A DNA stretch of 64,000 nt from the human T2T-CHM13v2.0 reference genome, Homo sapiens. A model generated the notes under the pieces. It was not told where the DNA came from and searched no databases. It worked only from the letters and a program-made list of their open reading frames with translations. The stretch lies in NCBI RefSeq assembly GCF_009914755.1, contig NC_060929.1; one strand, given 5' to 3'. How positions within the stretch are numbered: the first letter of the stretch is position 1; every line of letters starts with the position of its first letter. The position numbers and the translations under genes are program-made. Below, one piece after another: positions 52,440-64,000 of the stretch.

Positions 52440-54691
52440 CTGGAAATAATAGAAATAACATGGGATAGTTAAGCATAACACCAAGATATTTCGGAGCACA
52501 GGATACACACACAATTGTAAATCTATAGTGACCGGTATAAGTGACCTATCTGGTTATTACAGATTTTTTCCAAAGAGCATTATTTTGCACTAAGGGCTGA
52601 CTAATGACTGCTGCATTCAACCAGTCTTAGTCCATTTCAACACTTGGTAATAATTATTTTGAGGACACAGGAGCTAATTTCTGGCACAGAGAGTGACAAC
52701 TCCCATTACTCATGCCTGTGGCTATATTACTGCCAGGTGCAAGAGAACAGAAAACTATTATGTTCCCAGAAACTTCTTTTACTTCGCTCATTTAAGGAAA
52801 TTAATGCAGCCTGATAACTACATCTGAAAGTTCAAACTACCACTATAAGCCCACTGAAATTCATAAAAACACAGCAAAACAAGTTACAGAAATTAGAGGT
52901 ATCTACACAAATCTAACGTAATTTACACAAATCTAATGTAATTTATAGCTGCTAAGCTGACAGGATAAATTTATGGCCATCACTATCCTCTTTCCTAACC
53001 ATATATACTGCTCAAACTGACCCCACTTCTAAGTCACCTAGAAAAAAACTGCCATTGAAATGAAACTCCTACAGTGACATGTTTATTTTCCTTCTGTCAT
53101 TTATGGTTAAAAAATCTTGATTGTTTTAAGAAATTTAAAAACATCAGAAAATATCCTTAATTCCCTTTAGAAACATCAAGGCAGAAAAATGTTACCATAA
53201 AGTCTTCACCTGATTTTTCACCCTCCAGTCTTAAACTGTCTTACATTTTTCGTCATCTTTAAACAGTGATAGTAAATTAAACTGATAAGCAAGCAAAGGA
53301 AATTCATTAAGGGAGTTTCTAAAAGATACAGGAGGAAGGAATACATACCTCTGACCAATAACTGATGATGATAAAGAGCAAAGGGGTCTAAATCTAAGTT
53401 TAATTTTGATTTTTCATTCTTCGGTACAGAGTTAATAAATTAACTAGTCAAAAGTAGATTAGATGACTTGTGGAACAAAATTAAGAGCTGTTTCTAAAAC
53501 AGCAAGGGCCCTTGAAAGAATCTGGAATTCTATAAATGAAATGGAAAGGCCATAAAAGTCAAAGGAACAAATAAGCCAAGAAAAGCATTACTATATCCAG
53601 AATTTAGTTTTACAAAGGGATTTCATAATATGCCCTACATTTGTAGCATCATCATTTTAAGCTAATTGACTTGGGGCACATTAATGCAACCCAATGCAGA
53701 AGTTTGAAGTTTAGAATCTTCCAAAAATACATTTAATCACTTCAGTAAAATCAACATCAACAGCACATCATGCCCCAAATATAGGTATCTATGCTAAAAA
53801 AAAAAAAATGCCTTCAATGAATAAAAAAAATGCATCCAAATGCAATACTGCCACTTTAATACACTCAAAATGTCTCCAAGCATAGTTCTATTATTTAATA
53901 CTATTGAAGTTACGATATTGCCTATACAAGGTACAAAGACAGAGATTTTCAATGCTGACATTCCTAGCTCTTCATTCTATCCACGGGTGGATATTCAAGG
54001 AGCTTGAAAGCAACACTGGAATAGACAAGGTCTATTGATGGTTCTGCACCTCACCCAAGCTATCAAGACAGTTGATCAGAATTAAAGCTGCCTTTATGCA
54101 TAAAATAATACAAGTATGTGCAGCACTCCATGTAATCCCTTCCCAACCATGTAAGACACTTCCCCCTCATGGGTTTTATCTTAATTGGAAAAATACTCAT
54201 TTTGTTTATATAATCACTATGAATGTTTTTGCCAAAAGTTTTCTTTCTTAAATAAGTAAATCATACAAGAATCTCCACTTTTTAGCTTGAAAATAAGATT
54301 CAGTTATCTCCAAAAGCACAGTCAAAGAACTATGTATTCATTTCATCTCCCTTTGACTTCAGCACCAGGCTAAATACGATAACTGAAATTCTTAAGACTG
54401 TTTTCTCCCTAGTCTTGCTGATAAGACCAATCACCATTCATTTTAGCTAATGAGCTAGATAAATATATATAAAATGTAAAACCAATCCAATTTCACAATG
54501 TGAGGCTGAGGATTATCTAGTGTTCGCACACTCACACATCTGAACCTTGCTGATACCAGCTTTTATGGCATATGTTCTTAGTATATTATATTTAAAATTG
54601 GAGAAATCTGACAAGCTGATAAAATAGGTTAGTTCATTTGTTTCCAAGTAACTGAACATTTTAAAACATACTCCTTTACTGGAAAACTTGC

Positions 54692-54818
54692 CTTGCCAGG
54701 GCTCTGCTGTTTAAAAAGAGACATTTCTTGAAGAAATATGCTGAAATTCATCCATGATTCTGCAATACAGTGGCTGAGCCTGGGTCTTTCATCTGGTTTG
54801 GAATTGATAACTTCCCAG
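54692..54818 (-). CDS. RETREG1: RETREG1 exon (127 nt): [42 protein letters not shown]; upstream exons lie beyond the window
   Basis: CTCTTTAG|CT acceptor; AAG|GCAAGT (GC) donor gives a phase-0 join to the next exon. Confidence 0.93.
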
Positions 54819-57800
54819 CTAAAGAGACAAAAAGAAAAAAAATACTACTGAACTTTGGATGATTCATTCAACATTTATGGCTTTGGCAAATATTTATTGA
54901 GCATCTACTGTTGGCCACACCCTCTGGAAAAGCCCTGTGAATTCAGAAGGGAACTATCCAGACACCTGCTTCAGGAAACTCACATGTCAAAAGAAACAAT
55001 TAGCTGTCTAATTAATTGTCTGTTTACAATCAGGGAAACACTCAGGGAGAACAGGGTGAGGCTTAGGGACATCTTTAATGAAGAGTCATTTTAAAACTCA
55101 GATATGGGATGGATCAGCAGGTTAATCATAGGGTTCCAGGTAGAACAACATGCAATATATGCAGAAGCCCTGGAGTGGGAAGGAGCTTAAATGTGCTATC
55201 CTATTGAGTCTCAATGTGACTCCAGCAAAGTCAACCAGAAGAAAAACATGTGAAGCTGGAGGGGTAGGAGGAGACTAGGTCATGGAAGACTTGTTAGAAA
55301 CGTCTTAAACCTTAAGGATTGGGAAACCACAGTACTTTTAGAGAAACCTTGGAATTAAGCATACGATATTAAGAATAAATACCAACAATGTATTTTCAAT
55401 ATATACCATGGTTGGAAAACTCTATAGAAAATTGTTAAAAAGATCTTACAATATCCTCTATTTTTCCAGAGTACATTTTCCTAATCATCATCTAGAATGT
55501 GTTGAGTGTGATGCATGGGCCGGCAACCAGCTTTCTCCCTGCCCTCATTTTCCACAGGAACCTCAGTGAGCTAAAAACTAGAAACAATCACTCCAGGAAG
55601 AAGACACATGTAAATACATGTCATTCCCTAACATTACAATGACATAAAGCTTAATTCCTGCTCTTGCAATCCTAACTCATAAAAACATACCAGTTCAAAC
55701 AAGCCCTGTTAAGAATCCTCAAATTCATTCATTTAAGAGATTATTGAGAGATATGTGTCTACCATGTTGAAGGCACTGCCACAGAGCTATGGATATGGCA
55801 ATAACAAAAGCAGCAAAGTTTCTAGAAGAAGACTAGAATTGTTAGTGAACTATCATCTGAGCTGTGGTAGGGTACCAGGGTGAGGCTGATCTCTGGATTC
55901 AATTCCAGTAGCCCTAAGACAAATCAAAACTACCTTTGCCCTTAGATGCTCAACTATACAGAAGTTTATGTACATACAGATTCTGTGACTTTTAATATAT
56001 TTTGAATAGTAAGGCAATTTGTAAATTACAATTCCTTTTTATAAAAATAATTTTAATCCAAGTTTAAATGAGTGCAATAGCATATTTTAAAAGGGGGGAA
56101 GTATACCATTTTCCTTCCTCTTTGTTCTTTCAGCCTCAACTAATGCTCTGGAGAGTCACTGAGCTACCAGTTGTCCAGGCTGATGTTATTCCTGCAGGTA
56201 GATTTCCTGTCTGTCAGAAGAAATGAACTTTTGGGGATGGTTTATGCATCCATTAACTCTACCCACTCTTGAATCACTGAGCAAATCTGTTTTCAGCAGG
56301 ACCATATCTGGCACCAGGTTTGCATACCCCATGATTCCACATCTATTAAAATACTAAGTGCATAGCTAAGAAGCAGATATCTGTGGCAAAATCTTGCCAC
56401 AGATATCTGCTTAGTGGGAAAAGATTTTGCACCAGAGAGCAAAAGCTATATGGCAAAGGAAATATAAGGTTATTAAAATGCAGTCTGTTTTCTCAGAATA
56501 ATATAGATTTGCTGCAAATTGGCACAGACAGGCTAGGCTACTGTTCAGTTTAATGGGACCATGAAGATGACAGAAAACATTTTAATTTCTGCTCTCTATG
56601 CATATTGAATAATTATTTAAGGATGCATTTGAACTGTTTGCCCAATATAATTCTAACAAAAATCAATGAAAAGCTATAATGGAAGGATTTGTTATTTTCT
56701 TTTAAACATTAAGATGGAATAAATGAACAGTTCATAACTCCTGGCCTCAAACAATCCTCCCACCTTGGCCTTCCAAAGTGCTGGGATTACAGGCATGAAC
56801 CACTGCGCGAGGACAAAAAAATATTTTTTTGAATGAATAGTACTTTGTACAGATGCTGGAACTTTGTTCTAATATCATCTTTAGGATTCATGTCTTGGAA
56901 ATGACACCATATCCATATTTGTTTACATATTTTTTATTACTGCTTAAGTAAATGTCCCCAAATTGTAAAAGAGCCTAGTATAATACTAAATTGTCACTAT
57001 AGAGATAATGTTAGAACAAAGACTTCATATAACTTAAAGTGTTTTATAGAGATTACTATGAAATAACTAAAAACTCTCTTTAGCATTTAAGGAAGGGTCT
57101 TATCTATTTTCCACAGGGGACTTCAAGTGGACACCATCTATCCACTAATTTATTCATTTATTCAATAAAAAGTTATTAAGTTCCCCCTTTGTGTCTTGCA
57201 TCACACTAAATGTGGAAAATACTGTTATCAAAAACTTGAATGCTGGTAGCACTATTCCTCTGTGTCTATAGATAAACACTATTTGCTGGAAAGAAAGAAA
57301 AAAATATGCAATCTTTGACTATCTTCCATAGTCATAAGAAAACACTCTTAATTATATTACATTTTTCCCTTTTAAAAAGCTTCATATAATAGTTTTTTGG
57401 GACAATAAATTTCATCATTACTTACATTTTTATTAACACAATAAATTATAATTGATATTTGAATTGTTATAATCACAAACAGAAATGAGAAATTCATTGT
57501 GTACAACTTGAAAATAATATCTAACCAAATGGGTTTGTAAAGAGTAATAAGTGTTTGAGATTAAAAATAAATGTTCAGATTGGGCTGAATAAAATTTAAT
57601 CGAAATATATATGATTTAAAAAGAAAATGTAAGTTCCAGGGTGAAAAAAAGATGTCACTCCACATCTTTTCTTCTGGACCAAAAACAGGTGCTCCCTGGG
57701 AGTTTAACAATAGTTTTAAATTGCCCAGTGATTAATTCTGAGTACCATAGGAACTCACATTTCTATAGTCTTCCAGTGAGTTTACCATTAATTTATGTCA

Positions 57801-59519
57801 CCACAGTTCAATTTAGGTTATACAGAATTAGATAATTTGTCATGAGACGGGACATTTGATGTCAACTTTTCAAATTCCCTTATTTTATAGGTGAGGAACG
57901 TGAAATCCAACTTTTTGCAGCTAGTATGAGGCAGAGCCAAGACCCAAGGCCAGGACTCTGGGTTTCCAATACAGTTCTGATCCTTTAAAATGTGTGCCCT
58001 CTTCAAAGGGTGAATACATTCAATGATATTCTTTGAAGAGACCACATGGCAATTCAGAATGAGAAGGAGCATTTCATGTTCCTCACTCCTTCCTAGAACC
58101 AGAAGAGATGAGGTGTGATTGACCAATACCAACGTGCCATCATGCAGGACCAACCCTTTCCAGGAAAACAGAGCACTTCATGTGCAGAATCCAAATACTC
58201 AGCAGAAACCAAGATCTACGCTTAGTGGTTGGTTGATGTTTAACACAGGTGTCATCTGCACACACACACATACACACGCTGAGTTGCTACGTAATGAAAC
58301 TCTAGGTTTTCCCAGAGAGCCTTATTTGGAAAACACATAACTAGAAAAAAGATCTCCTGTGAATGCTGGGCAAGGCTTGGGGAACAGATCTTTTCCATGG
58401 TGTGTAGCTGTCTTCCCACCATCCTTGGCACTGATCACCATGCAACATAAGGCCCAACTAACATAAAAGGAAATGAAAATACCTAAGGCTTCAAAACATT
58501 TTGAGTTTGTACTAAGTTCCTAAACAAACAATACAAGTCTTCTGTGACTGACGCTCAACTAAGGGATAAAATTCATTACCAGTAGCTTTATTAATATTTC
58601 CTCCTTAGTTTCAGAGAGACCATGCACTTTCCAAGTTCAAAAGGAAATAGGTTCTTTGGTTCATCTTTCTATCCATCTCCCCTCCCTCTCGCCAGCCTTC
58701 CAGCTTTCTCTCACACTCTTGCCTTCACTAAGGAGTGAACTCACCACACACTCCAGCCACAAGATAAAGACCATTTAAGAGTCACCCCCGATGACCATCA
58801 TCCCCAACTTTCCATCCTCGTAGCCAGTCCAGTTCAAGTAGTTCCCAGGGAGAAGTCACTACAAGCCCCAGCCTCTACATGGCCATGCCATCTATCAAAT
58901 GGGCTTTGCTCAAGGATCTGTAACTGTAAATGATTCCCAAAAAAGCCCCAGCAGATGCCATCTGGTTAAGTTTTCCTTCTTACGGAAAAACTAGTCAGGT
59001 GTTTTGATGAAGGCCATTCTCCAATCAAGCAATTCTTTATCAAAGAAGCCTAAGCCAGGGCAAAGTCCTTTTTCAGCAGCTGAAGAATTTCTGGTTTTAC
59101 CTGCCAGTGAAACTCTAAGGGAATAAAACATGGAAAGATGGCTCCTTAGATAAGCAAACTCACTTTGTCCACAGAAAGGAGCTTTGGCTTCTCAGTAGAA
59201 TTTCAAACCAACATCCCTTCTTTCTTCCTCCCTGTCCCTATTAGAATACAATTTACCATATACATTGGGAGGTCTGGCCAAATAAGCCCTTCATGCAGTT
59301 CCTGCAGCTGTAGTTGTGAGACACCCAGGGCACTGTTTAAGCAGCAGCTGTGTGGGCCTTACTGAAGAGATGGAGATGGAGCAGGCCTGGGTGAGGCTCA
59401 GAAATCTGCATTTTAACAGGTGTCCTAGATGATGCTGAGGCAGGTGTGTCTTACCTTAAGAGTCACTGTGAGAAATACCCTTGATAAAGTAACACTGAAT
59501 TCCTGTCCTACAAATAAAG

Positions 59520-60500
59520 AGGACGGAGACTTCTGCTTCTGGGCAAGACGGTGTGAGAGGGAGCTGATATACCCAACCCACCTGAAACAAAGAAAATCTA
59601 TGCAACAACGATTTTCAAAACTCTGGGCATTAGGCAAGGAAGGACAGTGACTCCTAAGGGATGAGAAACCAATAAGGGAGTTATGTGATCACCCAGCTCG
59701 CTGCCTTGAGTGTTTCCTGGCCTGGGAGCAGGGGCAGCAACCCAGGTACCACCTGGCAACTCCCTGAGTTGAGGAGACATTGCTGAGGGTCCAAAAAGGA
59801 GATCCAAGGGGCCAGAGTTTGCAGGACCCAGTGCCAGAGAGTAGAGCACAGTACAGAGGGAGATAAAGGGAGAGGTCTGATGTGGGGGATTCCTGGAGTC
59901 TTCAGCTGAAGCTTTGCTGGCACAGGCGTGTGAGGAGCCCGGAGGCCAGGAAAGAGCCATCAGAAAGGACTAGAAGGAACAGTGTCTTTGGCCAAGAATG
60001 ACACCTAGTCCCACCAACTAGACCGAAAAACTTCAAAATTCACAGACATGGGTAGAATACTCAGAAGGGTCTTGCCTCAGTAGCAGAGAACAATCAGTCC
60101 TAAACTAAATGCGGCTCTGGTCCTAACAAGTCTTAAAAGCAGACCTTAGGCCGGGCGTGGTGGCTCACGCCTATAATCCCAGCACTTTGGGAGGCCGAGG
60201 TGGGCAGATCATGAGATCAGGAGATCGAGACCATCTTGCCCAACACGGTGAAACCCCATCGCTACTAAAAGTACAAAAATTAGCCAGGCCTGGTGGCATG
60301 CGCCTGTAGTCCCAGCTACTCAGGAGGCTGAGGCAGGAGAATCACTTGAACCCAGGAGGCAGGGGCTGCAATGAGCCGAGATAGCGCCACTGCACTCCAG
60401 CCTGGGCAACAGAGCGAGATTCTGTCTCAAAAAAAAAAAAAAAAAAAAAAAAAAAGCAGACCTTAAAAGGATCAAACTGATTTTAAGTGATTCAACCGCC
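59520..60500 (+). mobile_element. Probable old L1 5' region split by an Alu
   Basis: Starts GGAGACTTCTGCTTCTGGGCAAGACGG, like old L1M 5' ends; family uncertain. Confidence 0.45.
60149..60455 (+). mobile_element. Full-length Alu (AluSc-like) with TSD
   Basis: GGCCGGGCGTGGTGG start, long A-tail, AAAAGCAGACCTTA on both flanks. Confidence 0.95.
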
Positions 60501-63077
60501 AACTGTAGGATACAAAGTGGTGAGTTTTGTTATGAACAAAATAACTCAGTCAAACTGGGATGTGAAGCAGTTCACTTATTTTACTTTTATGTGTATCTTT
60601 TAAATTATCATGTACCTTTGTTCCCTTAAAAAATATAGTTATCAAAACAATGTTTAAATATTATAAGATTTGTCTTTGTGTAGTTTAATGCCTGCATAAT
60701 GGAATTTCTAATGCACTTGGCTGGCAGTTTCAGAATGCAGCACACAGTATTCTCCATTAGGGGGTTCTGTAAGACTAAGAAATAGGACACTCTTGTGCTC
60801 TTTAAAAATAGATTGTAATTCTGTAAGACAGAACATGTGCTAGCAGCCTGTTTCATCCCTTTCACCAATAGTATCTTTGAGCACTAGAAAAAATAATGCT
60901 GCAACAAAATGAATCTTGGCATAGAAGAAATACTATCTCATTATCATTTAACTTCTGTTCGTTTTAATAAATATGCAGTGAATGTACATTAACTGTCACC
61001 ATTCCTGGCTCTGGGACTGAGGGTTGACTAAGGCACAGCCTGTAACCAATAAGTTAAAGTGTACATGTGACCCAAGAATGATGCAAAGCCTACACACACT
61101 GGTGATACATGAAACTCACCTTTAAAAAATGGCATTTAATTGTATCTAGGGCTATTGGAGATACATGAATTTGAAAACTAAGTTGGGGATTGGATATATG
61201 AGGAGAGCTTGTTAAATGTAAGATCTTTTCACTATTGTACATTTTACAGGACAATGTTTTAGCATATACTAATGAACTTAAAAGTGTTTTTACAACTCAG
61301 TTATTTTTGAAAGCAAAAAATTATATTTTTAATATATCAAAGCTAAAATATTTTCACATATTTCTTGAGCTTTAGATTTGAGGAGATAATTACCAACCAG
61401 AGATAGGAAACCTGGAGTAGATGGAAAAAGAGAGGGAGGGAGAAAGTATATGGGAGGCAGGGAGAGAATATGAATGAATCCTGATAGTCAGGTTTGAGTT
61501 CTTGGGTCCTGTTGGGCCCAAAAGGCAAGGTGCAAAGCAAATCCACCCATGGACATCCCCCATAATTGGAGCCAGTTCCCTTGTGCCTTAAGCTGGTTTC
61601 TGGCATTTGTAAAACAAAATAAAGTGTCCCATGTTTCAGTGGGAGCAATGGAAAATTGTTTAAAATATCTTAAATTATGAATAAACGTAACTATTAAAAA
61701 AGAGTTATAAGATTACACAGATTACTATGACAGTTTTATTTAGGTGGCAATTTGTAGTAGAAAGGAAAGATGCAATTAGGTTATATAATAAATCAAGCAA
61801 AGGCAGTTTGTTAACAATTCAAATAAAGGGGGTTACAGGCACCATAAAAAAGAATAGCTAACACTCACCAGGGGTCAGGTAGTGAACAGCATCTTATAAA
61901 CTTACTATCTTATAAACTTACTACTTACTTCAATCCTTACAACCAACCTGTGAGTGAACTGTTTATTATTCCTGTTCAACAGATTGAGAAAGTTGAGGCC
62001 CAGATACATTAGCTATCTTGTTCAAGGTCACAGAATGAATCCACAATGGAATAGGGAAGTAATGCATAGAACTGGGAATGCTCCTAATGTGGGGCGAGAT
62101 ACAGAAAAAACACTCTCCGGATTGGAACATGGGGACCATTGCAAAGATGAGTAGGGAAGCACATTAGGGCAGTGCCACAGGCAGGATTATGGATCCCTAA
62201 ATGCCAAGCTACACAAATAGAAATCAAAATAGTTAAAAAGCGGCTTTGGTTCCCAGGTGAAACTCCTTGGTCCTAAGGCATCTAGATTCTTATTTTCTCT
62301 CTGAACCCCTCCAGCTGTTCCTAAATTAGTACCCACAAAGTGATTCCATAATCATGAACCCAACTTCACAAACTTCAATTACAACACGTGCCCATAATAA
62401 CCATGACCATGGCAACTATCTGCTAAGCTCTCCCTGTGTGCCAGGCACTATGTTAAGCACTCTGCCCGCACTGTCCCAATGTCCTCCACATGATCCCCCT
62501 AGGACCCCATCCCATTACGATACCCTGCAAGGCAGGGTTATCTCCATTTTACCCAAGAGAAAACTGAGGCTGAAAAGGGCTTGAAACACAGCAGATCTCC
62601 TGGTTACCGACCACGACCGTCGCATCTGGTAACGTTCTTTCAGGGCAACTATGAATTGCAATTAATTTATGACATTTGTAACACTGACTCCCTATGAGAC
62701 TTTAAATCCCATGAAGGAATTCTTGGACAGTGCTCTGTCTTCAGTAGCTAACAGAGCTTGACATCTATGAGGCACATAAAAATACTGAATGAATATAAAC
62801 AGTAAACATCCAAAGAAGAAAATATCAAAAATAATTAACAGTGGTTATTTGGTGGCACCATGTTTTTAATTCACTTATCCGAATGTTTCTATACATTACG
62901 TGTTGGTAATAATTAGCATGCATTCCCTCATATGTATAAAAATATACAAAATAATAGACAAAAAGTCCTATTAAAAATCTAGAAAACAACTGTCATCTAT
63001 ACGGAAGAGTTTTGTTTTGTTCTTTCTTGCAAATGGGCAGTTAAAATGCCTTCAAAATTAGCTAATTAGGAAATACG

Positions 63078-63230
63078 GGCCAGGCACAGTGGCTCACACC
63101 TGTAATCCCAGCACTTTGGGAGACAAAGGCGGGAGTATCCCTTGATCCCCAGAGTTCATGACCAGCCTAGACAACATGGCAAGACCCTGTCTCTACGAAA
63201 GAAAGGAAAGAAAGGAAGAAAGAAAGAAAG
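63078..63230 (+). mobile_element. Alu left monomer (FLAM-like) with GAAA tail
   Basis: GGCCAGGCACAGTGGCTCACACC...CCCTGTCTCTAC followed by (GAAA)n. Confidence 0.85.
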
Positions 63231-63533
63231 ATGCTTCATATATTCCAAGACTTTCTGGAACTGAAAATCGGTATTTCATATGAGATTTCTGCGGGCAAAA
63301 CTTGAGCCTTAATGTGTGACTTGGGGATCCCTGGATCCATGAGTATCTCCTGCGGGCACTGTTCCCACATGGCCCACCAGCATTTGTGATACCAGTAGAG
63401 AACAGAACTGGGCCCTGACGAATATCCAACCTTCACATGAAATATCAGAGAAAAATGACTCCCTTTTTGGTTTTGCTTTTCAAGTTTTTGTAGGGCAACT
63501 GCACCCCGCTGGAGAACATTTTCAGACAGTGTT

Positions 63534-63536
<3 letters not shown>

Positions 63537-63591
<55 letters not shown>

Positions 63592-63592
63592 A
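63537..63592. repeat. Compound (CT)n(CA)n microsatellite
   Basis: Direct reading. Confidence 0.95.
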
Positions 63593-64000
63593 ATTCTTGT
63601 TAGGTTTTAACTTTTTCACATCCTTATGAATTTATAGTGCAATAATCATTTCCAAAGATGTTTTGATTTCTGTTATAATACCTCCAGAAAGTATACATTA
63701 TTTCACACTACTCATTATTTTATTTTCAATTTATAAGAAATGGAAGTTGAAGCCAAACAATATTTTTCAGAAAGTTTGCTAAGTCACCATTCCATATTGA
63801 CAAACTTAAAAAAAAAAAAAAAGGATTTGTTATAACTCGTCACCTGGCAACCATGACAAACAGCTGCTGCAACCATCACACCTATAAATATGCTTTGGCT
63901 TGGAGACCTTTCATTCTCAGCTAGTGACTAAGGGTCTCATGCTCTCTACTGGTAGTGGACATCTGTTGATGCTAATTCCTGTCGAATTTTTCTTAGAAAG

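Overview
Human (primate) genomic DNA. From the encoded proteins I recognise the chr5p15.1 ZNF622/RETREG1 locus. Two protein-coding genes lie in tandem on the minus strand. (1) The 3' part of RETREG1 (FAM134B, ER-phagy receptor): six exons between 54818 and ~44380, with a GC-AG intron and the LIR motif DDFELL. (2) The complete ZNF622 gene (Rei1-type pre-60S factor): six exons, 1434-nt CDS, 477 aa, with a CpG-island/ETS promoter at ~37.1 kb. Exon boundaries were rebuilt from splice sites and reading-frame continuity. The left third is repeat-rich and holds a decayed two-LTR ERV-L-class provirus (LTR16A/HERV16-like; PBS-Leu, PPT, protease, integrase and dUTPase remnants) with five younger elements nested inside, including an intact solo LTR12C. 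Almost all short ORFs in the track are Alu, LTR or antisense artefacts. I cannot demonstrate a new biological system. The best hypotheses are an in-frame RETREG1-ZNF622 read-through fusion that would swap one LIR-like motif for another, a perfect 5' splice site just past the ZNF622 poly(A) signal, a possible LTR-driven minus-strand lncRNA, and a perfect 19-bp hairpin. Repeat family names come from recalled consensus sequences and their boundaries are approximate.
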